From a bacterium (GTDB lineage Bacteria > Zhuqueibacterota > Zhuqueibacteria > Zhuqueibacterales > Geothermadaptataceae), in NCBI GenBank assembly GCA_024275575.1, contig JAJRYV010000056.1, positions 35,896 through 99,895 of the forward strand: 64,000 nt of DNA. The letters run 5' to 3'. This document shows positions 45,966-55,266 of the stretch, in pieces; positions within the stretch are counted from its first letter, which is position 1; every line of letters begins with the position of its first letter. Under the pieces are notes generated by a model, which saw only the letters and a program-made list of their open reading frames with translations, was not told the DNA's origin and did not search any database. Position numbers and translations under genes: made by a program.

Positions 45966-46822
45966 AATCTTACAGGATGTTATTACTCGTAGCGATATGT
46001 ACACCGGTTTTACTCAACAGTTGTGCTGACTTGCAAAAATTAGCTTCTCTGCAAAAACCGCTGGCGAATATCACCAGTGTGCGTTTTGCCGGTATCTCGT
46101 TCGACGATCTCAACCTGCTTGCCGAAGTGCAGATAAAAAACCCCAACGCCCTCGCGATCACCCTTGCCGGTTTTGATTATGATTTGCAAATTGCAGGCAC
46201 TTCCTTTTTATCGGGTGAACAGACGGAGACAATGCGCATTGCAGCAAATGGAGCCGGCATGCTCTCCATTCCGCTGACGATAAATTACAAAGAACTTTAT
46301 CGTACGTTCAAGGCGCTGGAAAAACAAGACAGTACAAAATATAAAATTGCTGCCGGCCTCAAATTCGACGTCCCTGTTTTGGGCCCAATCCGAATCCCGG
46401 TAAGCCATACAGCATATCTGCCGGTGATGAAAATTCCTAAAATAAAACTGGGATCGCTGCGTTTGAAAAAGCTGGGATTTACCAAAGCGGACCTCGAATT
46501 AAAGCTGGATATCAATAATCCCAATGCCATCGGTTTTGTTGTGAATAGTCTTAACTACAGTTTGAATATCAACAAACAAAACTGGGCCAAAGGCACAACG
46601 GCAAAAGCCTTGCACATCGCGAAAAAAGGAAAAAGCACGGTGGCAATTCCTGTGAGTTTGAGCTTTGCACAGGTCGGAAAAACAGTGATCGGAATTCTCA
46701 AAGGCCAGCGAGCGCTCGATTATACGCTCATCGGCGACATCGGCCTGAAGACCTCGTTTCCCGGTTTCAAATCGGTGACTTTGCCGCTAAACAATAGTGG
46801 GAAAGTTAAAATTACGCGCTAA
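45962..46822 (+). CDS. Lipoprotein with two LEA_2 (LEA14/WHy-like) domains
   Basis: Lipobox LLNSC. NITSVRFAGISFDDLNLLAEVQIKNPNALAITLAGFDYDLQIAG and a second copy (ADLELKLDINNPNAIGFVVNSLNYSLNIN). ATGA overlap with the upstream gene. Confidence 0.7.
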   Translation: MKSYRMLLLVAICTPVLLNSCADLQKLASLQKPLANITSVRFAGISFDDLNLLAEVQIKNPNALAITLAGFDYDLQIAGTSFLSGEQTETMRIAANGAGMLSIPLTINYKELYRTFKALEKQDSTKYKIAAGLKFDVPVLGPIRIPVSHTAYLPVMKIPKIKLGSLRLKKLGFTKADLELKLDINNPNAIGFVVNSLNYSLNINKQNWAKGTTAKALHIAKKGKSTVAIPVSLSFAQVGKTVIGILKGQRALDYTLIGDIGLKTSFPGFKSVTLPLNNSGKVKITR

Positions 46823-46831
46823 TTTGGCGGT

Positions 46832-47824
46832 TTATTTCTTCTTCAACTTTACCAGCACAAGATCGACTTTTTGCTGTGACAGAATTTTTGCCGCCGGCAG
46901 CCTTTTCAACAATTCCAGCCAGCGTTTTTCTTTTTCGATGACTTTTTGAAATAGCGGCAAGGCTTCATCCATTCTATCGACGGATGCGAGGGTGACTGCC
47001 GGCCAGAAAACCATCTCCAGATTATCCGGCGCTAATTGCATGGCTTTGCTGTATTCTTCCATGGCTTCGGCGACTTTGTTTTCCGTCATCAGTTCATCAC
47101 CGTAATTAGCGTGCTGATAAACCCGGCTGACATGCAACAAACGGCGCATTTCTTTCAGCGGCGCCGGGTGGTCTTCGATGCGTAAATCGACGATGCGGCT
47201 GTTCCACGGAGCGCCGCTGCGTTCACCGGCAACCACGAGAATCGCTGCTGATTGTTTGCCGCGGATATCGCCACCTTCGGCTTGGGCCGCTTCCAGCGCA
47301 ATCATCAGGCGTTCAGCCAGATCGCCTTTGGCGTTGCTGTATGCTTTGGCCATCGCCGCCGGAACGGTCGATGCGCCCATCATATTTGCCTGGCAGGAAA
47401 ATCCGGGTCCCTGCACATCACCGGCGTAGATGATGCAGTTTTCCCCGGTATGCGCACTGACATTGCCGGCAGCATCGACCATCGCCACTTGCCGGACATC
47501 GGTGTGATCATCCGCTTTCAGCAAAGCGGCCAAGCTTTGTTTTGCCGTTTTACCGGCGCGCATTAAACCGAGACCGAGAGGGCCATAAGAGGGTTCGACG
47601 AATGATTGGGTGGCGACCGCGCCGATGCCAGGTTCAGCCCAGCTTACAATACTGCCGACTGAAAACCAGTTCGATTGCACCGCCACGCCCAATTGCCTGG
47701 TAATGGAATCCCGCGCGACGATGGAATAAGTGGCCACCGGCCTTGATTTTTCACCGGCAAAGAGGGAAAAAACAGGGAGCAGAACAAGAGTTAAAAAAAC
47801 GAATTTTACTTTGAATAATTTCAT
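46832..47824 (-). CDS. DUF1028-family (Ntn-hydrolase-like) protein with C-terminal TPR-like region, secreted
   Basis: Signal peptide. TYSIVARDSITRQLGVAVQSNWFSVGSIVSWAEPGIGAVATQS is the DUF1028 signature N-terminus. The C-terminal helical repeat region is AEAMEEYSKAMQLAPDNLE. Confidence 0.7.
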   Translation of the reverse strand: MKLFKVKFVFLTLVLLPVFSLFAGEKSRPVATYSIVARDSITRQLGVAVQSNWFSVGSIVSWAEPGIGAVATQSFVEPSYGPLGLGLMRAGKTAKQSLAALLKADDHTDVRQVAMVDAAGNVSAHTGENCIIYAGDVQGPGFSCQANMMGASTVPAAMAKAYSNAKGDLAERLMIALEAAQAEGGDIRGKQSAAILVVAGERSGAPWNSRIVDLRIEDHPAPLKEMRRLLHVSRVYQHANYGDELMTENKVAEAMEEYSKAMQLAPDNLEMVFWPAVTLASVDRMDEALPLFQKVIEKEKRWLELLKRLPAAKILSQQKVDLVLVKLKKK

Positions 47825-47836
47825 GATGCCCTCAAA

Positions 47837-48001
47837 TTATAAATAGAAAGTAAATCGTCGTGGAAAAACGGCGCTCACCGCTAAATCGTACAGGCCTTGT
47901 TTGCCCATCGTTTCTTGCGAACGATAAGTTTCACGAAAATAGCCGCCTGCAGGATGGACTGTGAGGTTGAGTTTTTTAACCCAGTCGTCTGTGGTTTTCA
48001 T
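47837..48001 (-). pseudogene. Truncated remnant of a DUF985-type cupin gene (first ~54 codons only)
   Basis: MKTTDDWVKKLNLTVHPAGGYFRETYRS matches the conserved N-terminus of the ~160-aa DUF985 cupins. The reading frame stops after ...RRFTFYL, 12 nt before the next gene start. Confidence 0.5.
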
Positions 48002-48768
48002 TTTCGAATCTCCAAACACGCTTCTGCGGCGAGCCAAAACAGTTTTTCACGAATGGAAATGTCTTTGGTAAAACCGCGGGAATCCCACATTTCGCCGCCG
48101 AGGGAATCACCGCCGTAAAGAATTTGCCCGAGTGCTACATTGCGGAATTTTGCTACGGCAAAAAGTGCAGCAGCTTCCATTTCTACCGTCAGGCACCCTT
48201 CATTTTTGCGTATTTGCATGCGCTGCCGTGTTTCACGGTAAAGCCCGGAAGTCGTCCAGGTTTTTGTGCGAATATATGGAATCTCATTTCGATTCAATAC
48301 TTTTTCGATGGCATCGACGGCTGCTGGTGTTGCGCTAACCTCGCGGGCGGCTTCGAGGTAGTGATATGAGGCGCCCTCATCGCGCACGGCAGATAGCGGC
48401 AGCAATACATGCCCCATAGCAATTTGATCGTCGAGTACACCAGCACTGCCGCAAGCGATAAATTTCCGGCATCCGCGGGCGATGACTTCCTCAAGCATTG
48501 CTGCTGCAAACGAATCACCGATTCCAGGATGAAATACGGCCAGACGTTGACCGTTGAATTCAAATTCCCACAAAGGATGCATACCCATTTCCGAACGCTG
48601 GCGAGCGACTTTTTGAAACGGAACTTTTTGCGCCAGCCGTGTGAGCACATCCTGAAAAAAACAGAGCACACAGCATTCCGGCGCATCGACGCCACGGATG
48701 ATATTTACCGGTTCAATTATAGCCGTTTTTGCCGGGTCAAATTCTAAAATCGGAGCGCAACTCTTCAT
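47998..48768 (-). CDS. Nucleoside phosphorylase (PNP_UDP_1 family)
   Basis: 256 aa: FHPGIGDSFAAAMLEEVIARGCRKFIACGSAG, RDEGASYHY, VEMEAAALFAVA. Typical uridine/purine nucleoside phosphorylase fold motifs. Confidence 0.75.
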   Translation of the reverse strand: MKSCAPILEFDPAKTAIIEPVNIIRGVDAPECCVLCFFQDVLTRLAQKVPFQKVARQRSEMGMHPLWEFEFNGQRLAVFHPGIGDSFAAAMLEEVIARGCRKFIACGSAGVLDDQIAMGHVLLPLSAVRDEGASYHYLEAAREVSATPAAVDAIEKVLNRNEIPYIRTKTWTTSGLYRETRQRMQIRKNEGCLTVEMEAAALFAVAKFRNVALGQILYGGDSLGGEMWDSRGFTKDISIREKLFWLAAEACLEIRK

Positions 48769-48971
48769 CCGGTTTTCCTTTCTTTTGCCATCCAGCCGGT
48801 ATCTGTTCAGCGTGAAAAATTAAATCAATAAAGAAACAAAACGTTGCATGCTCTGCGCCTCATGAAAAGCTTTTAAAAATCACTGGCGAAAAAGAGTCTT
48901 GGATTTTACAACAAAAAGCAGCTATTTTGCAAACAAAAGATTATATTTTTCACGCTGTCTGGAGAAGAGAT

Positions 48972-49727
48972 ATGCCCATTCCTGAAATCCTGATTTCGCA
49001 AAAAGACCACATCTGCATCCTGCAATTGAACCGGCTGCAGCAAAAAAACGCCCTTAACGAAACCATGTACACCGCTTTGGCCGACGCGTTGGAGGAAGCG
49101 GACGCTGATGGGGCGGTTCGTGTTATTCTCATTCAAGGCAGCGCCGAATGTTTTACCGCCGGCAATGATTTGCGGGAATTTCTCGAAAACCCACCCACAG
49201 GAGAAGACAGCCCGGGGTTTCGTTTTTTAAAAACACTCGTCAATTTACAAAAGCCTCTGGTTGCCGCCGTGAACGGGCCCGCTGTGGGCATTGGCACGAC
49301 GCTTTTGCTGCACTGCGATTTCGTTTATGCCGGTGAATCCGCTGTTTTTATTTTACCGTTTATCAATCTCGGTCTCTGCCCCGAGGCGGCGTGCAGCCTG
49401 CTCTTGCCACAGACAGTCGGGCGCCGCCGTGCCGCCGAATTATTGATGTTGGGGGAACCATTTGATGCGAAAACAGCAAAAGAATTCGGCATTATCAATG
49501 CGGTTTGCCGGGACGAAGAAACGCTCTCTCAAGCGATGGAAACAGCAGAAAAACTGGTCGGCAAACCGGCTGCTGCTTTGCGGCACACAAAAGCATTACT
49601 GAAAGCGACCACGGGAACAACTGTGGAAGAAGTGCTTTTCAAAGAGATCAAACTCTTCACAAAGCTGCTGCACAGCCCGGAAGCAAAAGCCGCGATGCAG
49701 GCTTTTTTAGAAAAACGGGCACGTTAA
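48972..49727 (+). CDS. Enoyl-CoA hydratase/isomerase (crotonase) family protein
   Basis: LNRLQQKNALN, FTAGNDL, PLVAAVNGPAVGIGTTLLLHCDFVYA, PEAKAAMQAFLEKR. The ATG at 48972 is preferred over the TTG at 48927. Confidence 0.85.
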   Translation: MPIPEILISQKDHICILQLNRLQQKNALNETMYTALADALEEADADGAVRVILIQGSAECFTAGNDLREFLENPPTGEDSPGFRFLKTLVNLQKPLVAAVNGPAVGIGTTLLLHCDFVYAGESAVFILPFINLGLCPEAACSLLLPQTVGRRRAAELLMLGEPFDAKTAKEFGIINAVCRDEETLSQAMETAEKLVGKPAAALRHTKALLKATTGTTVEEVLFKEIKLFTKLLHSPEAKAAMQAFLEKRAR

Positions 49728-49773
49728 ACATTTTTGTGGATATCATCTCCGCAATTTCATGAGTCCCAAAATA

Positions 49774-49801
49774 CGCAAAGAAAAGTCGGTCTTTCTTTGC
49801 G
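49774..49801 (-). terminator. Perfect 10-bp stem-loop between convergent genes
   Basis: CGCAAAGAAA-agtcggtc-TTTCTTTGCG. On the minus strand it is followed by TATTTTGGG. Confidence 0.5.
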
Positions 49802-49835
49802 TGAGAAGAGACCATTTAAAAAAGTAACCATTGAT

Positions 49836-50702
49836 TTATTGTTTCCCGATGGTGCACAGCACGACTTCCGGCCAGGCGAAAAAACGCAGCGGTAAGAAAT
49901 GATAGCCGATGCCACTGGAGACGATGATGGAACTTCGACCGTCCTCACCGACTTGATATCGGCCATAGCTATATTTGCGGCAACAGGGCTGGCGCGGCAG
50001 GATGAGGGGATATTGAAACGGCAACGCAACCTGTCCGGCATGGGTGTGGCCACAAAATGCCACATCAAACGGTCGGATTTTGATATCGAGATAATTGGCG
50101 GGATTATGCATGAGAACGAGATTGACTTTGCCGTTTTGCGCAAATGCCCGTGCCGGATCAGGCTCACCGGCGAGCCATTCGTCCAGACCGCAGAGGTAAA
50201 TACCATCAAATGGCGGGGGCAGAAACAGGCCATCGTTTATTAAAAATTTTACGCCGATTTCCTGCAACGATCTTTGAATTAGAACATCGTCCGACCACAA
50301 ATCGTGATTACCGGGAACGGCAAAGAGACCCAGCGGTGGTTGCAATTTTTCTAACGGCGGGATCACATCCCGCATAAAAGCCGCATCAAAATCGACGAAA
50401 TCTCCGCCGAGCAAAACGATGTCCGGATTTTCATTCTGAATTTGTTCGATACTGCGCTGAATCATTTTGGGGTGGGTCGCGTGTCCGGCATGAAAATCAG
50501 AGAGAAAGCCGATCTTTAACGACGGGTTTTGTGCCGGATAACTCGCCAGTGCAACGGTGTAGCGGACGGTTTTAATCTTGTTTTGCAGCCCCAACCGGAA
50601 CGCCACTTTTGCCGGCCAGGCATGGCGAAAGATGAGATTTTCAAAAGCGTTGATCGATGCGCGAAATCGCGGATAGTTCCTGCCCCTGCCTGCTAATGCC
50701 AC
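49836..50702 (-). CDS. Metallophosphoesterase (calcineurin-like, YaeI type)
   Basis: LSDFHAG, LLGGDFVDF, VPGNHDLW, LMHNP, GHTHAGQ. The listed ORF extends to 50867 but would overlap the upstream gene by 134 nt. The in-frame GTG at 50702 is proposed instead, so the 5' boundary is uncertain. Confidence 0.7.
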   Translation of the reverse strand: MALAGRGRNYPRFRASINAFENLIFRHAWPAKVAFRLGLQNKIKTVRYTVALASYPAQNPSLKIGFLSDFHAGHATHPKMIQRSIEQIQNENPDIVLLGGDFVDFDAAFMRDVIPPLEKLQPPLGLFAVPGNHDLWSDDVLIQRSLQEIGVKFLINDGLFLPPPFDGIYLCGLDEWLAGEPDPARAFAQNGKVNLVLMHNPANYLDIKIRPFDVAFCGHTHAGQVALPFQYPLILPRQPCCRKYSYGRYQVGEDGRSSIIVSSGIGYHFLPLRFFAWPEVVLCTIGKQ

Positions 50703-50733
50703 TGCTGTTTTCCGTCCATCGCTGTATTGCTTT

Positions 50734-51396
50734 CTATTCTTTTTCCATAAATTGTCGGACGAAATCAGCACGGCCTTCGGCGACTTCCTGGCTGCTGAAA
50801 TTGCCGAGCTGTAAATCTGCATCACTTTTTTCCGCCAGACGGTTGTAAAACAAAATACCGTTTTCAACCATGCCGGTTACGGCCGCTTCCGCGAGTTCGA
50901 ACAATATATTTTCAGCTTTATCAAAATCACCGCAGAGTTCATAATAGAGAAAAAGCCGGCGGCGAAAAGCCGCTGTTGTACCGCTCAGCTCGATATTTGC
51001 AAGCGCCGGGGCAATTTGGGGCAACGTTTGCGCATTGATTTCCGTGTTGCCGCTTTTCAGGATTTCAAGGTACAACGTCGCTGATTTTAAAAACAATGCA
51101 GAGGCTCTCTCTTGCTCTCGCCGGCGGCTGAGGGCATCCGCTTGTTCATAAAACAGTGAGGCCAAAACATAGGCTTTCGCCGAATCGATGAATTCACCAC
51201 TGCGCAACAGCTCGATGAGTTGTTCGCTTTCGATATGGCGAAACATGGCATAATCGACGCCGAGCATTTTTTCGCAAACAGCGCTGATGTTTTGCTCCAT
51301 CTCCCGCCAATTCCCTTTTTTCCTGCTGGATAAAATCGTTGCGAGCGCCTGCGCAAACTGCTCGATCATGCGCATAAAATAATCACGTTGGATCAT
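50734..51396 (-). CDS. Hypothetical helical-repeat protein (220 aa)
   Basis: MIQRDYFMRMIEQFAQALATIL... Predicted all-helical and TPR-like. No catalytic motif recognised. Confidence 0.5.
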   Translation of the reverse strand: MIQRDYFMRMIEQFAQALATILSSRKKGNWREMEQNISAVCEKMLGVDYAMFRHIESEQLIELLRSGEFIDSAKAYVLASLFYEQADALSRRREQERASALFLKSATLYLEILKSGNTEINAQTLPQIAPALANIELSGTTAAFRRRLFLYYELCGDFDKAENILFELAEAAVTGMVENGILFYNRLAEKSDADLQLGNFSSQEVAEGRADFVRQFMEKE

Positions 51397-51446
51397 TGAA
51401 TATTCACAGGTTGAAAATTAAGGATTGTCCGTTGCCGGGCCTCGAT

Positions 51447-52136
51447 TTATTTAAAAATTTCAATCGTTTTAATGCGCACCGGTTTGAGCGGACGATTGCG
51501 CTTATCTTTTTTAACCGCAGCGATAGCATCGACGACTTCCATGCCCTTCAGGACTTTGCCAAATGCCGTATATTGCCCATCGAGATTCGATTTTGTACCG
51601 TGCATGATAAAAAATTGCGAACCGGCACCCATTCGCACATCGCTGACACGCGCCATTGAGAGCACACCGGGCACATGTTTCGTCGTATTAAATTCGTGAG
51701 GGATGGCCAGCAGCGGCCCACCCGAGCCGTCGTTGGCTGGATCGTCATCTTTGGAGTTGGGATCGCCGCCCTGAATCATAAATCCCGGTATCACACGATG
51801 AAAAGTTGTATTGTCATAAAACCCGTTTACAGCACGTTCGATGAAGGCAAAACAATGGATTGGCGCTTTATAGGGCAAAAAACCGAGCTCGATATCACCA
51901 TAATTGGTGATGATTCGCGCTTTCAAATTCTTCATTTTGGCTGAAAGAAAATTGAGCTTCATGTCGGCTTTTTCGTAGAAGGCCAGGTCTTCTTTCATAT
52001 TTTCTATCTTTTTGCGCAACTCACTATTTTCGGTTTCGAGCTTTTCGAGCTTTTCGAGCTTTTCGAGCTTTTCCGAATTGTCGCATGCCGGTAAAAACAA
52101 GGCGAGGCAGAGTAAAACCAAAAATAATTTTTTCAT
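51447..52136 (-). CDS. Cyclophilin-type peptidyl-prolyl cis-trans isomerase lipoprotein with coiled-coil linker
   Basis: Lipobox LFLPAC, then (EKL)4 and a heptad-like linker. The cyclophilin core follows: FHRVIPGFMIQGGDP, LSMAR..MGAGSQFFI, FGKVLKGMEVVDAI. Confidence 0.85.
   Translation of the reverse strand: MKKLFLVLLCLALFLPACDNSEKLEKLEKLEKLETENSELRKKIENMKEDLAFYEKADMKLNFLSAKMKNLKARIITNYGDIELGFLPYKAPIHCFAFIERAVNGFYDNTTFHRVIPGFMIQGGDPNSKDDDPANDGSGGPLLAIPHEFNTTKHVPGVLSMARVSDVRMGAGSQFFIMHGTKSNLDGQYTAFGKVLKGMEVVDAIAAVKKDKRNRPLKPVRIKTIEIFK
52032..52071. repeat. Four perfect tandem copies of a 9-bp unit (TTTCGAGCT) plus a partial fifth
   Basis: Read directly from the sequence. It encodes the EKLEKLEKLEKLE stretch of the PPIase lipoprotein on the minus strand. 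Confidence 0.9.
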
Positions 52137-52520
52137 ATTACACCTGTACATTACAAAGTTTAAAGTATCAAAATTAAACTAACTACCAAGAACAAAGCTG
52201 CCCTATGTGTTACTACGAAAATATCAAAACTTTTGTAACTGGCAAGAACGTTTTTTATGGAATAGACGTTCCCCAAAAAACATTGGAATCTCTGTTAAAT
52301 TTTTACTCAAACAATGTATGCCCCGATCTTGAAAATAACGCAAATATAAGGAATGTTGGCCCGGTGCGTCGTGGGAGGTGCTGTAAAAACACGCAATAAA
52401 AATTAAAAATCAACACATTTTGCATTTCTTGATTGTTTATTCGAAATATTTTTCATTTTTTCTTGTTGCTCAATTTTTAAAAACAAGAACTTATCAATAC
52501 GATAAAATCAGGAGTTTGGT

Positions 52521-53231
52521 GTGAGATTAGGAGTTAACATCGACCACGTTGCAACCGTGCGCGAGGCCCGGCAAATTCGCGAACCCGATCCGATTGCAGC
52601 CGCTGTGCTGGCAGACCTGGCAGGTGCCCACGGCACCGTTTGCCATCTGCGTGAAGACCGACGCCACATTAAAGACCGCGATGTCTATTTCCTGCGTGAA
52701 ATCGTCAATTCGCATCTGAATCTCGAGATGGCGGCAACAGACGAAATGGTCAAAATCGCCATCGACCTGAAACCGGATATGGTCACGCTGGTGCCGGAAA
52801 AAAGGGAAGAACTGACGACGGAAGGCGGCCTGGAAATCGCCGCGAATCGGGATCATTTGCGCGAAGTTATCAACCAGTTGCGCAAGCAGAAAATCATCAC
52901 CAGTTTATTTATCGAGCCGGATATCCGGCAGATCAAAGCCAGTGCCCGCGTCAAGGCTGATTTCGTCGAATTACACACCGGCCGCTATGCAAATCTCCGC
53001 TCAAAAATACTGCTCGCAGACGAGTTGGACAGAATCGGTTCCGCTGCAGTGGCGGCCGGCAAACTTGGCCTTGGCGTCAGTGCCGGCCATGGTTTGAATT
53101 ATCATAATGTGCAAGAAATCGTCAAAATCCGGGAAATTGAAGAGCTCAATATCGGCCATTCAATCATCGGTCGTGCGCTGTTCGTCGGCATACAACAGGC
53201 CGTGCGTGAAATGGTGGAGTTGATAAAATAA
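52521..53231 (+). CDS. pdxJ: Pyridoxine 5'-phosphate synthase
   Basis: GTG start. [56 protein letters not shown]. Confidence 0.9.
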   Translation: MRLGVNIDHVATVREARQIREPDPIAAAVLADLAGAHGTVCHLREDRRHIKDRDVYFLREIVNSHLNLEMAATDEMVKIAIDLKPDMVTLVPEKREELTTEGGLEIAANRDHLREVINQLRKQKIITSLFIEPDIRQIKASARVKADFVELHTGRYANLRSKILLADELDRIGSAAVAAGKLGLGVSAGHGLNYHNVQEIVKIREIEELNIGHSIIGRALFVGIQQAVREMVELIK

Positions 53232-53524
53232 CCGTTAACCGCATCTCTATGCCATTAAGTTAAGCCGTGGGCACTCTTGCCAAGGTTACTGGAAATACAG
53301 GAGTTATGATATAGTGATACGTTTTGAGATTAATTTGTTAATTTTTCTAACCTTGTAAGGGTCAACATCCACTAACTTAATGACATTGTATTTAGAGTTC
53401 GTAATCGCTCCATGCTTGTCATTCCGGCAATTTTTTAACCGGAATGACGAAGATCGGGCGCTTCCGTTCAGACACTGCCCGTACATTAACCAGGTTAAAT
53501 ATATGCGAAGCCGGATTTTTCCTC

Positions 53525-54520
53525 ATGCCGAATAAAGTTGATTGCCGGGCGGTGCGCCTGGCGCGTGTATTTCGCGGTGAAAATATCGAAAGTGAACATT
53601 TTGGCCATGCCGTGCTCGTCGATGCAACGGGAACCGTTTTGCATCATTGGGGTGATGCCGGGCTGATCGTGCACATGCGTTCAGCGGCGAAACCGTTTCA
53701 GATTTTGCCGGCGCTGCGTGATGCTGTGGCGGAGCATTTCCATTTGCAACGGCAGGAACTGGCGCTGGCCTGTGCTTCACACAACGGCGAGGCAGTACAC
53801 ACGATGCTCGCAGCCGCAATTTTAAAAAAAACCGGCCTGTCGGATAAAGATTTGCAATGTGGCTCGCACCGACCGCTCGGTGTCGATATAGGCGCCCTGG
53901 CGGACAAACCACCCTGGTCTGTGTTGCACAATAATTGTTCCGGCAAACATGCCCTCATGCTGGCCGCCTGTGTTAAAAACGGCTGGCCGCTACAAAATTA
54001 TCTCGATCCGCAACACCCACACCAGCAACGCATTCTCCATACTCTGGCGAAAATGGGGCGAATCGGAAGTGATAAAATCGGTGTGCAGATCGATGGCTGC
54101 AGCGCGCCAGAATTTTCCTTGCCACTGCAAAATATCGCTACGCTTTTTGCAAATTTGGCGGCATTACCCGAAACACCGGAAAATTCCTTTGATCTGATGC
54201 GTGAATTCCCTTACATGGTCGCCGGGAAAAATCGATTCGATACAGCGATAATTGAAGCCGGCAAGGGCAAATTCATCGCAAAAACCGGCGCAGAAGGACT
54301 GGAGTGTTTTGCTATTCGCGGCAAAAAACCTCTCGGGCTGGTTATTTCTATCGCCGACGGCAATGGCCGGGCGGCACCGCCGGTTGCGTTGAAACTTTTA
54401 ACCCGGCTCAACATATTGAATACCGAATCCATACCATCGCTGCATGGCTTTCTGCGGCCACCTGTTTACAACCACCGAAAGCGAATCACCGGTCACATTG
54501 AGTGCGCTTTGGCGCCATAA
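53525..54520 (+). CDS. Asparaginase (asparaginase_II family, Rhizobium-type)
   Basis: RGENIESEHFGHAVLVDATG, MRSAAKPFQ, CASHNGE, CGSHRP, NNCSGKHALMLA, DGCSAP, KTGAEG. The ATG at 53525 is preferred. Confidence 0.75.
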   Translation: MPNKVDCRAVRLARVFRGENIESEHFGHAVLVDATGTVLHHWGDAGLIVHMRSAAKPFQILPALRDAVAEHFHLQRQELALACASHNGEAVHTMLAAAILKKTGLSDKDLQCGSHRPLGVDIGALADKPPWSVLHNNCSGKHALMLAACVKNGWPLQNYLDPQHPHQQRILHTLAKMGRIGSDKIGVQIDGCSAPEFSLPLQNIATLFANLAALPETPENSFDLMREFPYMVAGKNRFDTAIIEAGKGKFIAKTGAEGLECFAIRGKKPLGLVISIADGNGRAAPPVALKLLTRLNILNTESIPSLHGFLRPPVYNHRKRITGHIECALAP

Positions 54521-54581
54521 CTGCAGAAGGCGAGCAAAACAAGGATTATTTACTACTTTGATTATTTGAAAGGATTGAATA

Positions 54582-55229
54582 TTGTATAAAGCTGTATTAT
54601 TTGATTTTGACGGCGTTATTTTACAGAGCATGCCGGTACATGCCCGCTTGTGGCAGGAAATTCTGGCAAGAGAATATGATCTCAAAATCACCGCCCGGGA
54701 TATTTACCTCGATGAAGGTCGCACAACGGATGCGGTTGCCGAAATTATTTTTCAAAAATATGGCCGTTCAATTTCCGCTGCAGATGCTCACAAAATTGCC
54801 GAGCAAAAACAGGCAGCTTATTTTAATGCTGAAAAACCGGAGATATACCCGGAAATACCGGGGATACTACAGTTTCTGAAAAAAAAACATGTGCAGACAG
54901 CCGTGGTCACCGGGACGAGGCGGGCGAATGTTGACCGCGCATTACCACCGGTTTTACAGCCATATTTTGATGAATTCATCACCGCCGAAAAATACCAAAA
55001 CGGCAAACCACATCCCGAACCTTTTTTAAACGGTGCAAAATTTCTGGGTCTGAAACCGGATGAATGTATTGTTGTCGAGAATGCACCACTCGGCGTGATG
55101 GCGGCAAAAAACGCCGGAACATACGTCATCGCTGTTTGTACAACCCTCGCACCGCAAGACCTGCGGGAAGCCGATGAGATCGTACCTGATTTTGAATCGC
55201 TGTTAGAACAATTTCATGTTATTTTTTAA
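54582..55229 (+). CDS. HAD-superfamily hydrolase, subfamily IA (beta-phosphoglucomutase/phosphatase-like)
   Basis: Motif I LFDFDGV, motif II VVTGT, motif III/IV KPHPEPF ... VVENAPLGVMAAKNAG. TTG start. Confidence 0.8.
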   Translation: MYKAVLFDFDGVILQSMPVHARLWQEILAREYDLKITARDIYLDEGRTTDAVAEIIFQKYGRSISAADAHKIAEQKQAAYFNAEKPEIYPEIPGILQFLKKKHVQTAVVTGTRRANVDRALPPVLQPYFDEFITAEKYQNGKPHPEPFLNGAKFLGLKPDECIVVENAPLGVMAAKNAGTYVIAVCTTLAPQDLREADEIVPDFESLLEQFHVIF

Positions 55230-55266
55230 ATAAGGGATTCCCATTACCTTTTCTCTGGAGAAAAAT

